A stretch of 64,000 nucleotides of DNA, from positions 50,523-114,522 of the forward strand of contig CAZETU010000001.1 in NCBI GenBank assembly GCA_964514585.1, in the 5' to 3' direction. This DNA is from Candidatus Woesearchaeota archaeon. Its GTDB lineage: Archaea; Nanobdellota; Nanobdellia; Pacearchaeales; GW2011-AR1. Shown piece after piece: positions 1 through 9,852 of this stretch. How positions within the stretch are numbered: the stretch's first letter is position 1; every line of letters starts with the position of its first letter. The notes under the pieces are model-generated. The model did no database searches. It saw only the letters and a program-made list of their open reading frames with translations, and was not told the origin of the DNA. The position numbers and the translations under genes are program-made.

Positions 1-542
1 ACATTCTGACCCTGACGAACCTCATCTAAAGAAGCTTCAGAAACAGCAGCCTCAGTTTTCACATTCTCCATCACCACCCCACTTTTCTTAATCTCAGAAA
101 ACCCTGACAAATGAATCTCAGAGTCCCGCGTAGACCCGCTCTTAATCTCAACAACATCTCCTTCTTTAATAGTGCCATTCTCAATCAAAGCAATATGATT
201 AACATCCCACAAAACAACCCGAGTATTCCCAGTCTCATCCGCCAAAACAAAATTCGCAACCTTGCCCTCTCGCCCATTCTTAGAAAACTCCCGCACAGGA
301 AACAACCTAATCACCTTCCCAATAATATTAACTTTCTTCATCCCAGCCATCAACTCACTAATCTTCAAATCCTGGTCCTCAAAATTAATCCCAAGCTCAG
401 CTGCAATAATCTGCGCAGCACCCTCCTTAGAAATCAATCCAGACAACTTCGCCTTCTTAGCCTCAACACGACGCTCAACCTCTTCTTTATCAAGCTCCGA
501 AGACTTAGCAATCCTCTCTATAAGCAGCTCATAATTTTGCAT
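1..542 (-). CDS. RPA/SSB-like OB-fold protein (runs off the window start)
   Basis: Hand translation from ATG at 542: MQNYELLIERIAKSSELDKEEIERRVEAKK...KVNIIGKVIRLFPVREF...GKVANFVLADETGNTRVVLWD; the DETG-x-RVVLW OB-fold signature is typical of archaeal RPA. Not in the ORF track because it is open at the edge. Confidence 0.75.
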   Translation of the reverse strand, partial: MQNYELLIERIAKSSELDKEEVERRVEAKKAKLSGLISKEGAAQIIAAELGINFEDQDLKISELMAGMKKVNIIGKVIRLFPVREFSKNGREGKVANFVLADETGNTRVVLWDVNHIALIENGTIKEGDVVEIKSGSTRDSEIHLSGFSEIKKSGVVMENVKTEAAVSEASLDEVRQGQN

Positions 543-643
543 AAATAAAAAACTCAACGACCCTATTTAAGTATTATTGGGATTTACTATCATTTCAAAC
601 TACTACCCACAATCTTTATAAACCAAAAATCATCTCCATACCT

Positions 644-790
644 ATGAAATGCATAAGTTGCGACAAAGAAACGGCAAAAAGCGTAAAATTGCCTTGCGCG
701 AAATGCGGCAAAGAAATCCTTAGATGCGACAAATGCCGAAGTCTATCAATCGAATATAAATGTCCTAAGTGCGGATACGTAGGTCCATAA
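644..790 (+). CDS. Small double Zn-ribbon protein (DUF1610/HVO_2753-like)
   Basis: 48 aa MKCISCDKETAKSVKLPCAKCGKEILRCDKCRSLSIEYKCPKCGYVGP with four CxxC pairs, immediately upstream of EF-1beta, the usual archaeal arrangement. Confidence 0.75.
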   Translation: MKCISCDKETAKSVKLPCAKCGKEILRCDKCRSLSIEYKCPKCGYVGP

Positions 791-791
791 G

Positions 792-1067
792 ATGGCAACA
801 GCAGGAATCCAATTCAAAATAATGCCAGAAGGTCTTGATACAGATTTAGACGAACTCAAAACAAAAATCCAGACATCAGTAGAAACTTTCGAATCCGGAG
901 TTTTCAACGACGCGAAAGAAGAACCAATCGCATTCGGACTCAAAGCATTAATAGTAACAATAGCACTTTCTGAAGACGAAGAATCCGACGCCGTAGAAAA
1001 AGCTCTAAACGAAATCGAAGGAATCTCATCTGTTGAGCTAATCGATTACCGAAGAGTCGTAGGTTAA
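792..1067 (+). CDS. ef1b: Archaeal translation elongation factor 1-beta
   Basis: MPE..DLDEL...EEPIAFGLKALIV motif, 91 aa. Confidence 0.95.
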   Translation: MATAGIQFKIMPEGLDTDLDELKTKIQTSVETFESGVFNDAKEEPIAFGLKALIVTIALSEDEESDAVEKALNEIEGISSVELIDYRRVVG

Positions 1068-1302
1068 ATCCTAAAAATAATTCTAAAACAATGAAAAAAT
1101 TTTACAACATCTTGCTAGTGTATATCGTCCATCAAACACAGACGAAAACAGAGCAAGAAAAGAAACAGACAGGACAACAAGAGAAGAAGTAGCAATATAT
1201 AGGGGATGGGCATTAAGAAACATAAAACTTCAGCAATACAGACCCAGAAGAGATTACAGATCAGCCAGTTAAATTTATAATTAACAAACCACTCATTTAA
1301 CC

Positions 1303-1893
1303 ATGCCACTAACACAAGAAGAAACCCAAAAAATAAAAGAACACCTCCTAAAACAATTAGGAAACTTCCCAGAAGACAAAAGAACGCAAATAGAAGAACA
1401 GGTCAAATCCATGACAAACAAACAAGTTGAAAGCTTCGTCGAACAAAACAAGCTAACACATCTCGGTGGACAATGCATTTTCTGTTCAATCATTTCAGGA
1501 GAAATGCCTTCTTATAAAATCGCAGAAAGCGACCACGACATAGCAATTCTCGAAATAAACCCAATAAGCAAAGGACACGCTCTAATAGTCCCAAAAGAAC
1601 ACTCTCAAGAAATTCAAGAATCAACAAAAGCCCTCGCAACACAAATTTCAAACAAACTCAAAGAAAAATTTAGCCCAAAAGAAATACAAGTAAACCAAAT
1701 TAGCATAATGGATCACGCAATGCTCGAAGTCATCCCAATCTACGGTGACGAGACAGAAAGAAAGAAAGCTTCCGAAGAAGAACTACAAGAACTACAAAAA
1801 GAAATAACAAAACCAAAAGAAGAAATTATAATAAAAGAAGAACCAAAAGAACCAGAAATAGAACTCCCAAGACTTCCGCCAAGAATTCCTTAA
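1303..1893 (+). CDS. HIT-family protein with N-terminal extension and degenerate triad
   Basis: CIFCSII, LEINPISKGHALIVPKEH; the HxHxH position reads DHAMLEVIP. Confidence 0.8.
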   Translation: MPLTQEETQKIKEHLLKQLGNFPEDKRTQIEEQVKSMTNKQVESFVEQNKLTHLGGQCIFCSIISGEMPSYKIAESDHDIAILEINPISKGHALIVPKEHSQEIQESTKALATQISNKLKEKFSPKEIQVNQISIMDHAMLEVIPIYGDETERKKASEEELQELQKEITKPKEEIIIKEEPKEPEIELPRLPPRIP

Positions 1894-3035
1894 TCTCTAT
1901 ACTGTGCCTCATAAATTCCAAGCACTTCCTCGGCCGACAAGCTTCGATTAAAAACCATCAAATCGTCAATAGATCCATTAAAAAACCTCTGAGGAATCCC
2001 CACGTCATCAAACTGCCCTCCAATATAAACAGGATTGTCCATAAGAGCAACAGGACCACTACCTAAAGTCAAATTATCCAGAGTGCCGTTCACATATAAA
2101 AGATAATGCGTTTCGTTAAAAACCCCAACAAGATGATACCATGTATTATAGTCTTGAGTGGTCCAATTTCTTGAAGAAAGAACCTCGTGATTTGTTGCAT
2201 TTATCCAAACTCCGAAATTCACCTTTTCTTTATGGAATCTTAAAAAGGGTTGTGAGTTTTGATTAACATTATCCCAACTTGATCCAAAAACAGCATTCCA
2301 ATTATTATAATTTAAAGAACTTATTTTGGTCCAAACAGAAAAACTAAAAGAATTATTATTAACAAAACCATAGAGTTCTTTGTTAGATAAATTTGCATAA
2401 TCACCATCGCCATCTAAATTTAAACTGCCATTCACAATAGATGCATTCCCTTCCAAAACACCGTCGCCATAATCCCAACCATCTGCAGAGTCACCACTAA
2501 AAGTCCAAATAGAAATCAAATCATCGATAGGAATTTCCATAAAAGAATCTACCTCCATCCCATAGACAACCCCGTCAACACTAGACATAGAATTTTTGGG
2601 CATCTTAATATCGGCAGCGATATCTCCTTCTTTCTCAGTCCCCCTAGAAGAAACAAAAATCGGAACGATATTGACACTATCTGATTCTCCATATCCCGAT
2701 AAATCAAAAGTATAAACTTTAGTCTGCCCCGACGCAGGAGCTATTAAATTAGTACTAAAAGTATTTCCCCCAATCAAAAAAGAAATTTTAATTCTATCTA
2801 TATTCATCTCATCAGGCCTCCTTCTGACCTGAACCATAGCAATATTTCTAAAAGAATCATAAGAAGTATATCCCTCCGAAGTCACGATCATAATACTCAC
2901 CTCTAAATTTCTAAACTCTAGGCTATCATAAACCATCGGTATAATCATCATCCATAAAATAGTGATGGCCGCAATAGTAATTAAAATTATCAAAACCGTA
3001 GCAACAATCGCCGATATACCCTTTTTTAACATCAA
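1890..3035 (-). CDS. Class III signal (pilin-like) protein with C-terminal LamG/concanavalin-like domain
   Basis: KKG|ISAIVATVLIILITIAA leader; WYHLVGVF...LYVNG...FNGSIDDLMVFNRSLS LamG signature. Confidence 0.8.
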   Translation of the reverse strand: MMLKKGISAIVATVLIILITIAAITILWMMIIPMVYDSLEFRNLEVSIMIVTSEGYTSYDSFRNIAMVQVRRRPDEMNIDRIKISFLIGGNTFSTNLIAPASGQTKVYTFDLSGYGESDSVNIVPIFVSSRGTEKEGDIAADIKMPKNSMSSVDGVVYGMEVDSFMEIPIDDLISIWTFSGDSADGWDYGDGVLEGNASIVNGSLNLDGDGDYANLSNKELYGFVNNNSFSFSVWTKISSLNYNNWNAVFGSSWDNVNQNSQPFLRFHKEKVNFGVWINATNHEVLSSRNWTTQDYNTWYHLVGVFNETHYLLYVNGTLDNLTLGSGPVALMDNPVYIGGQFDDVGIPQRFFNGSIDDLMVFNRSLSAEEVLGIYEAQYRD

Positions 3036-3062
3036 CAGAAAAGGAAAATATATTATTTAAAA

Positions 3063-3890
3063 TTAAGTCAACCCCATTAAAACACCAATAAGCCAATCTG
3101 TAAAAAACATATACAAAGCAAAGGCAATCAAAAACGCTGGAACAAAGGGCAGCCCATCTTTTATCTTAACCTTCTTCCTAGACTTCAACAACTTAATGCT
3201 CTCCGCGCTCAAACCATCCCAATCCGCCTTAATCGTTTTCTTTCCAACCTTAATATCATCAACAAGCCAATCCCCCTCGCGAAGCTCCTTTCCAGAAATA
3301 ACCTTAATCATCGAAACATTTTCCAACCCCTTAGTAAAAACAAACAAAACAGGCAAAACAAAAGAAAATCCAGCAAACAAAAGAAAAAATAAATTATAAT
3401 AACTAAAAACTAAAAACAATAACCCGATAAAAACGGGATACCTAATCCACCACTCACGAAAACCCTTCCTAATTTCCCTATTCACTTTTTTATAATTTCT
3501 AAAATACAATATGAAAGAATAAAACAATCCATAAAAAGAACCGGCAACCATCAAAAACAAAAGAAAGACTCCAATATTAATCAACGTCTTAAAAAAATCA
3601 ACCCCGATAAAAAATGCCGTCATAGCAAATAACAAATTAGCATCACCCCCAGCAAAAACCCGACCATAATAAAAAACATTCATAAAAACAAACATCACGA
3701 CCAAAGCAAACCCAGCCTGAAAAACAATTCCTGCATTCTCCTCAAAAATAGCTCGATAAAAAATATAAGAAAAACTAATCAATAACAAAAACAGCGTCAA
3801 CCAATAATCAACCTCACGCCTCTTCAAATCCTGCAAACATGCAACAATAATCCCAATTAAAAACACCCAAGCAATAAAACCAAATATCAT
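3063..3890 (-). CDS. Prepilin peptidase (A24 family)
   Basis: QDLKRREV and GGDANLL aspartate motifs, multi-TM, C-terminal GLPFVPAF. Confidence 0.85.
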   Translation of the reverse strand: MIFGFIAWVFLIGIIVACLQDLKRREVDYWLTLFLLLISFSYIFYRAIFEENAGIVFQAGFALVVMFVFMNVFYYGRVFAGGDANLLFAMTAFFIGVDFFKTLINIGVFLLFLMVAGSFYGLFYSFILYFRNYKKVNREIRKGFREWWIRYPVFIGLLFLVFSYYNLFFLLFAGFSFVLPVLFVFTKGLENVSMIKVISGKELREGDWLVDDIKVGKKTIKADWDGLSAESIKLLKSRKKVKIKDGLPFVPAFLIAFALYMFFTDWLIGVLMGLT

Positions 3891-4051
3891 TTCTTCTTTC
3901 CCCTTTTTCCTTTCTTAACAACCTTCTCATCTTCACCCTTATCTTCTATCTCATGCGTTCTAAACTGACCCCCTCGCTTATAGCCCCGAGCAAGCCGCTT
4001 CCGCTTCAAATCCTTCTTCGTTCTTCTACGATCATTACCACCATAATCCAT
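3887..4051 (-). CDS. Small basic hypothetical protein (54 aa)
   Basis: Hand-translated MDYGGNDRRRTKKDLKRKRLARG...KKGKRGKKK; fills the operon gap, overlapping both neighbours. Confidence 0.5.
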   Translation of the reverse strand: MDYGGNDRRRTKKDLKRKRLARGYKRGGQFRTHEIEDKGEDEKVVKKGKRGKKK

Positions 4052-4611
4052 TATTCTATCGCCTCCACATCAAACTCACCGTTAATAAAACTTATTAAAT
4101 ATTTCCGACCAAACTCAAAACTAAAATCAACAGGAAAATTTATTTTAGTTCTATCATCCCCCTTCAAATAAATACTCTTCCCAACTTTCGCCCTCGAAAA
4201 AACAAAATAATCACCATCACAATCCTCAACCACAGGATAAACTACCTCGACAAAAAAATCCTCATTCTTATGTTCATCTAAAACATCAACACCACCCAAA
4301 GTTAAATCGCTAAAAATAAAATCTTTCATCTCAACACTAATCCCTTCCAAAAATTTCTCCCTAAATGAAACCAAAAATTCCTCACTACAAAATTCGTCCT
4401 CAATACCAACCAAAGATTCCTCAATCAACTCCTTTTCCTGCATTTCAAACTTCTCCAGATTATCCCTAACTTCCAAAACAACCTTCGGAGAAACCAAAGA
4501 ATTCTCAGCATTATCTTGTTGTTTCCCATAAAGCAAGATCACACTCAAACACAAGAACACAGTAATAACAACCAAAAATAAGCCAAAAAACTGGCCTCTT
4601 TTATTCCTCAT
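4051..4611 (-). CDS. Class III signal (minor pilin-like) protein
   Basis: Likely start MRNKRG|QFFGLFLVVITVFL at 4611. Confidence 0.65.
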   Translation of the reverse strand: MRNKRGQFFGLFLVVITVFLCLSVILLYGKQQDNAENSLVSPKVVLEVRDNLEKFEMQEKELIEESLVGIEDEFCSEEFLVSFREKFLEGISVEMKDFIFSDLTLGGVDVLDEHKNEDFFVEVVYPVVEDCDGDYFVFSRAKVGKSIYLKGDDRTKINFPVDFSFEFGRKYLISFINGEFDVEAIE

Positions 4612-4882
4612 AATAAACCTCCATCTTCGCCTCATCATAACTCATGCCACTCTCAACAAAAAACCGCAATTCAACCAACTTATGATAAACATTCATATAA
4701 CTAATCACACTACTAAGCCCAACATCGCTCTCATTCAAAACTCTAAGTCCAGCACTTGCGCCATCTATCCCCTTAACAATGCCAGAACCCAAAACAAAAA
4801 TCGCCAAAATCAAAACAATAACTATAGTAGCCACAAACATCAAAACCGTCCCTCCAAGAATTCCTCCCCTCTTAGAATTCAT
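4601..4882 (-). CDS. Class III signal (pilin-like) protein
   Basis: Likely start MNSKRG|GILGGTVLMFVATIVIVL at 4882. Confidence 0.6.
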   Translation of the reverse strand: MNSKRGGILGGTVLMFVATIVIVLILAIFVLGSGIVKGIDGASAGLRVLNESDVGLSSVISYMNVYHKLVELRFFVESGMSYDEAKMEVYYEE

Positions 4883-5378
4883 CGCCAACAAAGACCTCCA
4901 CTCTAATATTCCCCTCAACTTTCTCACCTTCACTTAAAATATACGTCGGATAAACTTCATCAAAATACCCAGGCTTATATTTCCCCAAATCCCCTTCAAA
5001 AAATTTCTCATCAGCAATCTGCAAAACCCAAAGAGCCCCTCTATCTCCTTGAGAAAATTTCGCGACTTCCTTTTCCGAATCACTAACCAAAACCTCGACA
5101 TAAAATCTCTCAACTTCACTTTCATCAAACCCACAATAAGAAAGAATCTTATTCTCGTCTCCCTCAACAAAATAACTCATATCTAAAAAACCCGAAGGAG
5201 AAACACAGTCCACCACATCTCTAGCCAAAATCCTAGCCTCAGCATTCCGAACATCAATATAATGCGAATAAAAAACCGAAGAAACACCTAAAATAACAAA
5301 CGCAACAAAACTAATAACCAAAAGCCGATAAATCATTATTATCCCCTCTCCAATAATTCCCTTTTTTTCAAATCTCAT
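4872..5378 (-). CDS. Class III signal (pilin-like) protein
   Basis: MRFEKKG|IIGEGIIMIYRLLVISFV. Confidence 0.65.
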   Translation of the reverse strand: MRFEKKGIIGEGIIMIYRLLVISFVAFVILGVSSVFYSHYIDVRNAEARILARDVVDCVSPSGFLDMSYFVEGDENKILSYCGFDESEVERFYVEVLVSDSEKEVAKFSQGDRGALWVLQIADEKFFEGDLGKYKPGYFDEVYPTYILSEGEKVEGNIRVEVFVGDEF

Positions 5379-5734
5379 TCAACAACAACCACAAATTTAT
5401 TTTCCTCTTCAGCAACGCTAACGCTATACCTAGAAAAATAAGGATATCCCTTGAATGAACCAAGTCCAGCAACACCAACAAAAACTTTACCATCCCTCAA
5501 CTCAAGCGCCTGAATAACGCCATTAGGATTATTTTTTCTAATTTCAAAACTCATCCCCGGGACAGCAGAATCAATCAACAACGCAATTTCCTTTTCCAAA
5601 ACCTGTTGTCTTACACCACGCGCATTAACCTTCCCCGCAGTCGCCAACAAAAAAATCGCAAACACTATACCTACTAAAATCAACTGAATAATTATCTGGT
5701 TCAAAATCCCCCCTTGCTTATTTAATCTTCTCAT
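5375..5734 (-). CDS. Class III signal (pilin-like) protein
   Basis: MRRLNKQG|GILNQIIIQLILVGIVF. Confidence 0.65.
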   Translation of the reverse strand: MRRLNKQGGILNQIIIQLILVGIVFAIFLLATAGKVNARGVRQQVLEKEIALLIDSAVPGMSFEIRKNNPNGVIQALELRDGKVFVGVAGLGSFKGYPYFSRYSVSVAEEENKFVVVVE

Positions 5735-5735
5735 C

Positions 5736-6617
5736 TTAAGCCGGTATCGTCAAAAATTTACATCCAAGAGAATCCAAAGAATCTGGATAAGCAATAACAA
5801 TTGATCTCTCCAGCCCAAAGGCTTCAATAAAATTCTCTTTAGCCGACTCCCCTAATTCTTCATCTCCAGTTAAATAACTGGCAATAAACTTAGACCAACC
5901 AGCAACATCAAGCCACTGCCTAGAAGTCCAACCGAAAAACCCCTGTTTCTTCTTATGCATTGTATAAACAAGAATCTGGTCTTCCTCTTGAGGATAGAAT
6001 TTAACATTAAGTGGCACAAAAGCAAACCCCAAATTTTCTTCCAAAGACACAATCATTGGCAAATAATCATCATAAGTCAAAGAATCTCTCGCCATTTTTG
6101 TATTCTCATAATAATTATAAAACCCAAGATTATACCTTCCCTTCTTCGTCCATCCAGACTCTCCATCGCCCATCGCCTCATTAAATTCGTTTAAAGCTTT
6201 ATCAGTATAATGAATTCTAGCAAAGGCCATACATACAACATCTTCCTCTAAAAAACTTGGTCCCACAAAATTAAACTTACCCTCACCAAACATATACCAC
6301 CCCCCAACAATAGCTCTAGAAATCTTCTCATAAACCTCATCTTGATCCGCAGTATCAATTGTAATCACCTCTGTTCTACATCTCAAAGGAGAAGAGCTTC
6401 GAACGTCCAAACCCAATCCATCCAATTTTTCACTAGATAACGTCGACCTCAACAAAATACTCTGTCGACATGCATGCCAATCCAATTCATCCTCAGTAAA
6501 ATACTCATTAAAAATAAAAAACAACGAAATCGCCAAAACCGCCAACCCCAAAATCAACGACATAATAATATAATATTTCTGATCACCCTTCTTATTCACC
6601 ATAGAAAACAAACTCAA
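5736..6617 (-). CDS. Class III signal (minor pilin-like) protein
   Basis: NKKG|DQKYYIIMSLILGLAVLAI plus Cys-containing soluble domain. Confidence 0.65.
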   Translation of the reverse strand: MSLFSMVNKKGDQKYYIIMSLILGLAVLAISLFFIFNEYFTEDELDWHACRQSILLRSTLSSEKLDGLGLDVRSSSPLRCRTEVITIDTADQDEVYEKISRAIVGGWYMFGEGKFNFVGPSFLEEDVVCMAFARIHYTDKALNEFNEAMGDGESGWTKKGRYNLGFYNYYENTKMARDSLTYDDYLPMIVSLEENLGFAFVPLNVKFYPQEEDQILVYTMHKKKQGFFGWTSRQWLDVAGWSKFIASYLTGDEELGESAKENFIEAFGLERSIVIAYPDSLDSLGCKFLTIPA

Positions 6618-6637
6618 ATTAACTTAATAAAATTAAC

Positions 6638-6748
6638 CTATCCACTAAACTTCCCAATAATCATTCTAACCGCAAGACCAGCCACAATCAAAATCGCCAA
6701 AGCAATTACCCACTTTATCACCTGATCAGTCGCCTGCCCCTTCTTCAT
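6638..6748 (-). CDS. 36-aa micro-pilin-like ORF
   Basis: Hand-translated MKKG|QATDQVIKWVIALAILIVAGLAVRMIIGKFSG; GAGGGGTG purine-rich element upstream. Below the ORF-track cutoff. Confidence 0.65.
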   Translation of the reverse strand: MKKGQATDQVIKWVIALAILIVAGLAVRMIIGKFSG

Positions 6749-6782
6749 AAAAAACAAAACCACCCTCACTTAATAATCCTTT

Positions 6783-7808
6783 CTAAGAGTTATAAATAGC
6801 CCTTAACGCATTATACATAGCACGCGCCTCACTATAGGATTTCCAAAATCTCTTCTCATCTGGATAGTCTTCTACCACCACTTTAACTTCAACACTATAA
6901 TAACCCTCAACCATCCCCCTAAGATAAGAATATTGATAACTATTCATTACAGCAGTTTGAATTTGCTGTTGTGCATATTCATCAAGAATATTATCATAAC
7001 CCCCTATATCATTCGTAGAAGCAGAATAAGAAGCCCCAAATTTAAACCCCGACTCATAATATCCATTATCTCTCTCTGCCTTCCTATATTGCTCATTCCA
7101 ATAAAACGTCAACCTACACCCATCATACTCCGCATCCTCAACCCTCAATCTCCGTCCCCAATCACTATCATCATCAAGCAAAATATGAAACCTAGAATAT
7201 TTCTTTGGATCCGGTTCAGGATAATCATAATTCTCAGCATATTCACCACATACCCCATCATTCACACTTTTTACAACACCCTCATCTAAACCCTCATTAA
7301 AACTATTATCACTTTCACTTTTGCCTTCGCTTCCACCCTCAATAGTAACTTCATAGACATCCCCCTTCAACTCAATAGTTATCTTATCACCTTGACCAAC
7401 AACCCAAATCTCATCCGTCCCCATAACCAAAGCATGATCCAATTTCCCACAAGCAGAACAATCCGCCTTACGCTCACCATCTTTCCGAGAACAAAAACAA
7501 AACTTATTCTCCGCACTATCAATAAAATAAAACATATCTGCAACACTCGTATGTGACCCAAAATAAACCAAAGAATATTTCAGACCCTCCTCCCTAGGCT
7601 GCCACATCTCAAAACTCCCAACACCACCGGAATCAGCAACAACGATCTCATCCAAAAAGCCATCGCGATAAGATTCCGTCGTCTCCTCTTCCACTCCAAA
7701 ATAAGGTGCAATCAAACTCCCAAGCAAAACCAACAAAACAAAAACCCCAGCAGCAGCTATAACCAATCCAATCACCTGCTCCACCGTCAATTCACCTTTC
7801 TTCAACAT
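6783..7808 (-). CDS. Class III signal (minor pilin-like) protein
   Basis: MLKKG|ELTVEQVIGLVIAAAGVFVLL. Confidence 0.7.
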   Translation of the reverse strand: MLKKGELTVEQVIGLVIAAAGVFVLLVLLGSLIAPYFGVEEETTESYRDGFLDEIVVADSGGVGSFEMWQPREEGLKYSLVYFGSHTSVADMFYFIDSAENKFCFCSRKDGERKADCSACGKLDHALVMGTDEIWVVGQGDKITIELKGDVYEVTIEGGSEGKSESDNSFNEGLDEGVVKSVNDGVCGEYAENYDYPEPDPKKYSRFHILLDDDSDWGRRLRVEDAEYDGCRLTFYWNEQYRKAERDNGYYESGFKFGASYSASTNDIGGYDNILDEYAQQQIQTAVMNSYQYSYLRGMVEGYYSVEVKVVVEDYPDEKRFWKSYSEARAMYNALRAIYNS

Positions 7809-9184
7809 CTCTTCCCCAAAAACTCATAAATTTTGGCTCGCTTATAATTTAAATCATGAAAATCAGATGGCAAATCATATTGAAACGACTCTGAAACACC
7901 TTCCCAAGATGCCCCGTTAAACTTCTGCAACTCCGAATAAATAAACCTAGAAAAATCACCTGGAGTTCCCGTTAACACCCACATGACATCAGAAACGGGA
8001 CCAATGCCAGCAAAATTCAATCTATATTTATTCTTATCAGAAACCATTTCAATCGCCACATTTTCATTATTATAATCCACCCCAAGAATATATTCTTCTC
8101 CTCCAACTTCAACAACCTCATCATCAATCATTTCCTTGATCTTATTATAATTAGAATATGCATCGTCGTCTGTAGAAAACATTTTAACCTGAGTCTTAGC
8201 CCAAGATTTCAACACACTTATTTCTTCTTTCTTATCAACTCTCGAATTCCTGCCATCATTCCCCACTATATCATTAATGGACATCCAAGAACCCTTACTG
8301 TAAGGGCCAGCTTTTCCTTTAAAATCGTCATAAGAAGCAATTAAATAATAAATACTATCTCCTTCTGTTAATTCCAAAAACCTATCAATAGCAACATCAC
8401 TAATATCACTACGACTTTCCACTCCAAGACTATCCTTTTCGTAAACATACCCTTCTCCAAAATCATCAAGATTGCCAGGATAAATCGTCACCCAACTCGT
8501 CGTTTTCCCTGCCGTTTCAATGGGTCCATGCTGCGTCCAAGCAATCTTGGCATCCTGTCCAATATCCTCCATTATCAACCAACCACCATTGCCCCAAACC
8601 GCATAAACCTCACGACCCTTGCCGTCCCCATCACCATATAAAATAATTTGCCTAGTAATCCTTTCATAAAAATAATTATCCACACCATAACCCCCTTCAC
8701 CATCAATCCCCCAAACAGAGTTATACAAACTAGAATAAAATCTAGCCAAAGATTCATCTTCATCAAGTAATAAAATAGGAACCCCCTCTTTCCCACTGTC
8801 ATCATATTTGAAAAACTTCCCCTTTAAAATAAAATAAGAATCAATTCCCTCAGCCAAATTATTCTTAAAACTACACACCCCAGAACGACAACTTTCCCAA
8901 TAAATCAAGGACCTATCGTCCCCTTCAATTTCCAAAATATCCAGTAACGACTCCCCACTTGAAGATTCGATTAAAAATTCTTTAACACAGTCAACCTCAC
9001 TCACTCCAATATCCCCATAACCAAACAAAAGAGCAACACTATCAAACATCCCCCCAGCCTTCTCAATCAAAGGATTCAGACCCCCAGTAGAAATACCCCA
9101 AATCACTAACGCCAACAAAACAACTAACAAAACAAGACTCAACAACTTCCCAACAGTCCACTCGGTAGATCCCTTCTTCCTCAC
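7802..9184 (-). CDS. Large class III signal protein (putative tip/adhesin pilin)
   Basis: GTG start, MRKKG|STEWTVGKLLSLVLLVVLLALV, 460 aa. Confidence 0.7.
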   Translation of the reverse strand: MRKKGSTEWTVGKLLSLVLLVVLLALVIWGISTGGLNPLIEKAGGMFDSVALLFGYGDIGVSEVDCVKEFLIESSSGESLLDILEIEGDDRSLIYWESCRSGVCSFKNNLAEGIDSYFILKGKFFKYDDSGKEGVPILLLDEDESLARFYSSLYNSVWGIDGEGGYGVDNYFYERITRQIILYGDGDGKGREVYAVWGNGGWLIMEDIGQDAKIAWTQHGPIETAGKTTSWVTIYPGNLDDFGEGYVYEKDSLGVESRSDISDVAIDRFLELTEGDSIYYLIASYDDFKGKAGPYSKGSWMSINDIVGNDGRNSRVDKKEEISVLKSWAKTQVKMFSTDDDAYSNYNKIKEMIDDEVVEVGGEEYILGVDYNNENVAIEMVSDKNKYRLNFAGIGPVSDVMWVLTGTPGDFSRFIYSELQKFNGASWEGVSESFQYDLPSDFHDLNYKRAKIYEFLGKRC

Positions 9185-9321
9185 TTTCCAAACCTCAAGA
9201 AATTTCTTATAGAATCCAAAAGTCCACCACCCTTACCTTTCAACAAAAAAACCACAGCACCAATCATAATCACAAGCACAACAACAACAATCAGAATCTT
9301 AACTATCTCCTCCATTTCCAT
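9181..9321 (-). CDS. 46-aa pilin-helix-like ORF without basic leader
   Basis: Hand-translated MEMEEIVKILIVVVVLVIMIGAVVFLLKGKGGGLLDSIRNFLRFGK; GTGA overlap with the next gene. Confidence 0.6.
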   Translation of the reverse strand: MEMEEIVKILIVVVVLVIMIGAVVFLLKGKGGGLLDSIRNFLRFGK

Positions 9322-9361
9322 AGATAAAATATACCAGACCAATTAATAAAGATTCCTAAAG

Positions 9362-9817
9362 CTAAGCAGCAGAACAAGTTATTCTTGAACAAGATTCTAT
9401 ATTAACACCAGGATATTTTGAGAGTATCTTTTCTTGAGCATCCGCCACTTCCCCAATAGTAACTGTTTGCTTCTCATTCTTAGCCAACTGATTACAAGTA
9501 GCAGAAGACGTCTTTACTTTATCAAGAACAAACTTAGAATCAGCTCCACTTCCTTCTACCTTCCAAGATTCTACGGTATCTCCATACTTCACAGTCATAA
9601 TATCAGTACAAAAAGCAGCTTGAGAATTCCCAGCACAAGCCAAAACACAAGCCTGTTTTATCGTATCAATATTAGATTTCCCAGAAAACGCAGTAACCCT
9701 GTCCCACAAATTCGTCCATCCAGTCGAAAACCCAAAAATCAGAAAAACCAAAACAGCTATACCTAACACTATCAAAATAATCGTGCCCAATGTCATCTGC
9801 TGCCCCTTCTTTTCCAT
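9362..9817 (-). CDS. Type IV pilin (candidate major pilin)
   Basis: MEKKG|QQMTLGTIILIVLGIAVLVFLIFGF; own TATA-like element about 25 nt upstream; several Cys. Confidence 0.8.
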   Translation of the reverse strand: MEKKGQQMTLGTIILIVLGIAVLVFLIFGFSTGWTNLWDRVTAFSGKSNIDTIKQACVLACAGNSQAAFCTDIMTVKYGDTVESWKVEGSGADSKFVLDKVKTSSATCNQLAKNEKQTVTIGEVADAQEKILSKYPGVNIESCSRITCSAA

Positions 9818-9852
9818 TATTATTACAATCCTCTTTTATTTATAAAGTTTTA

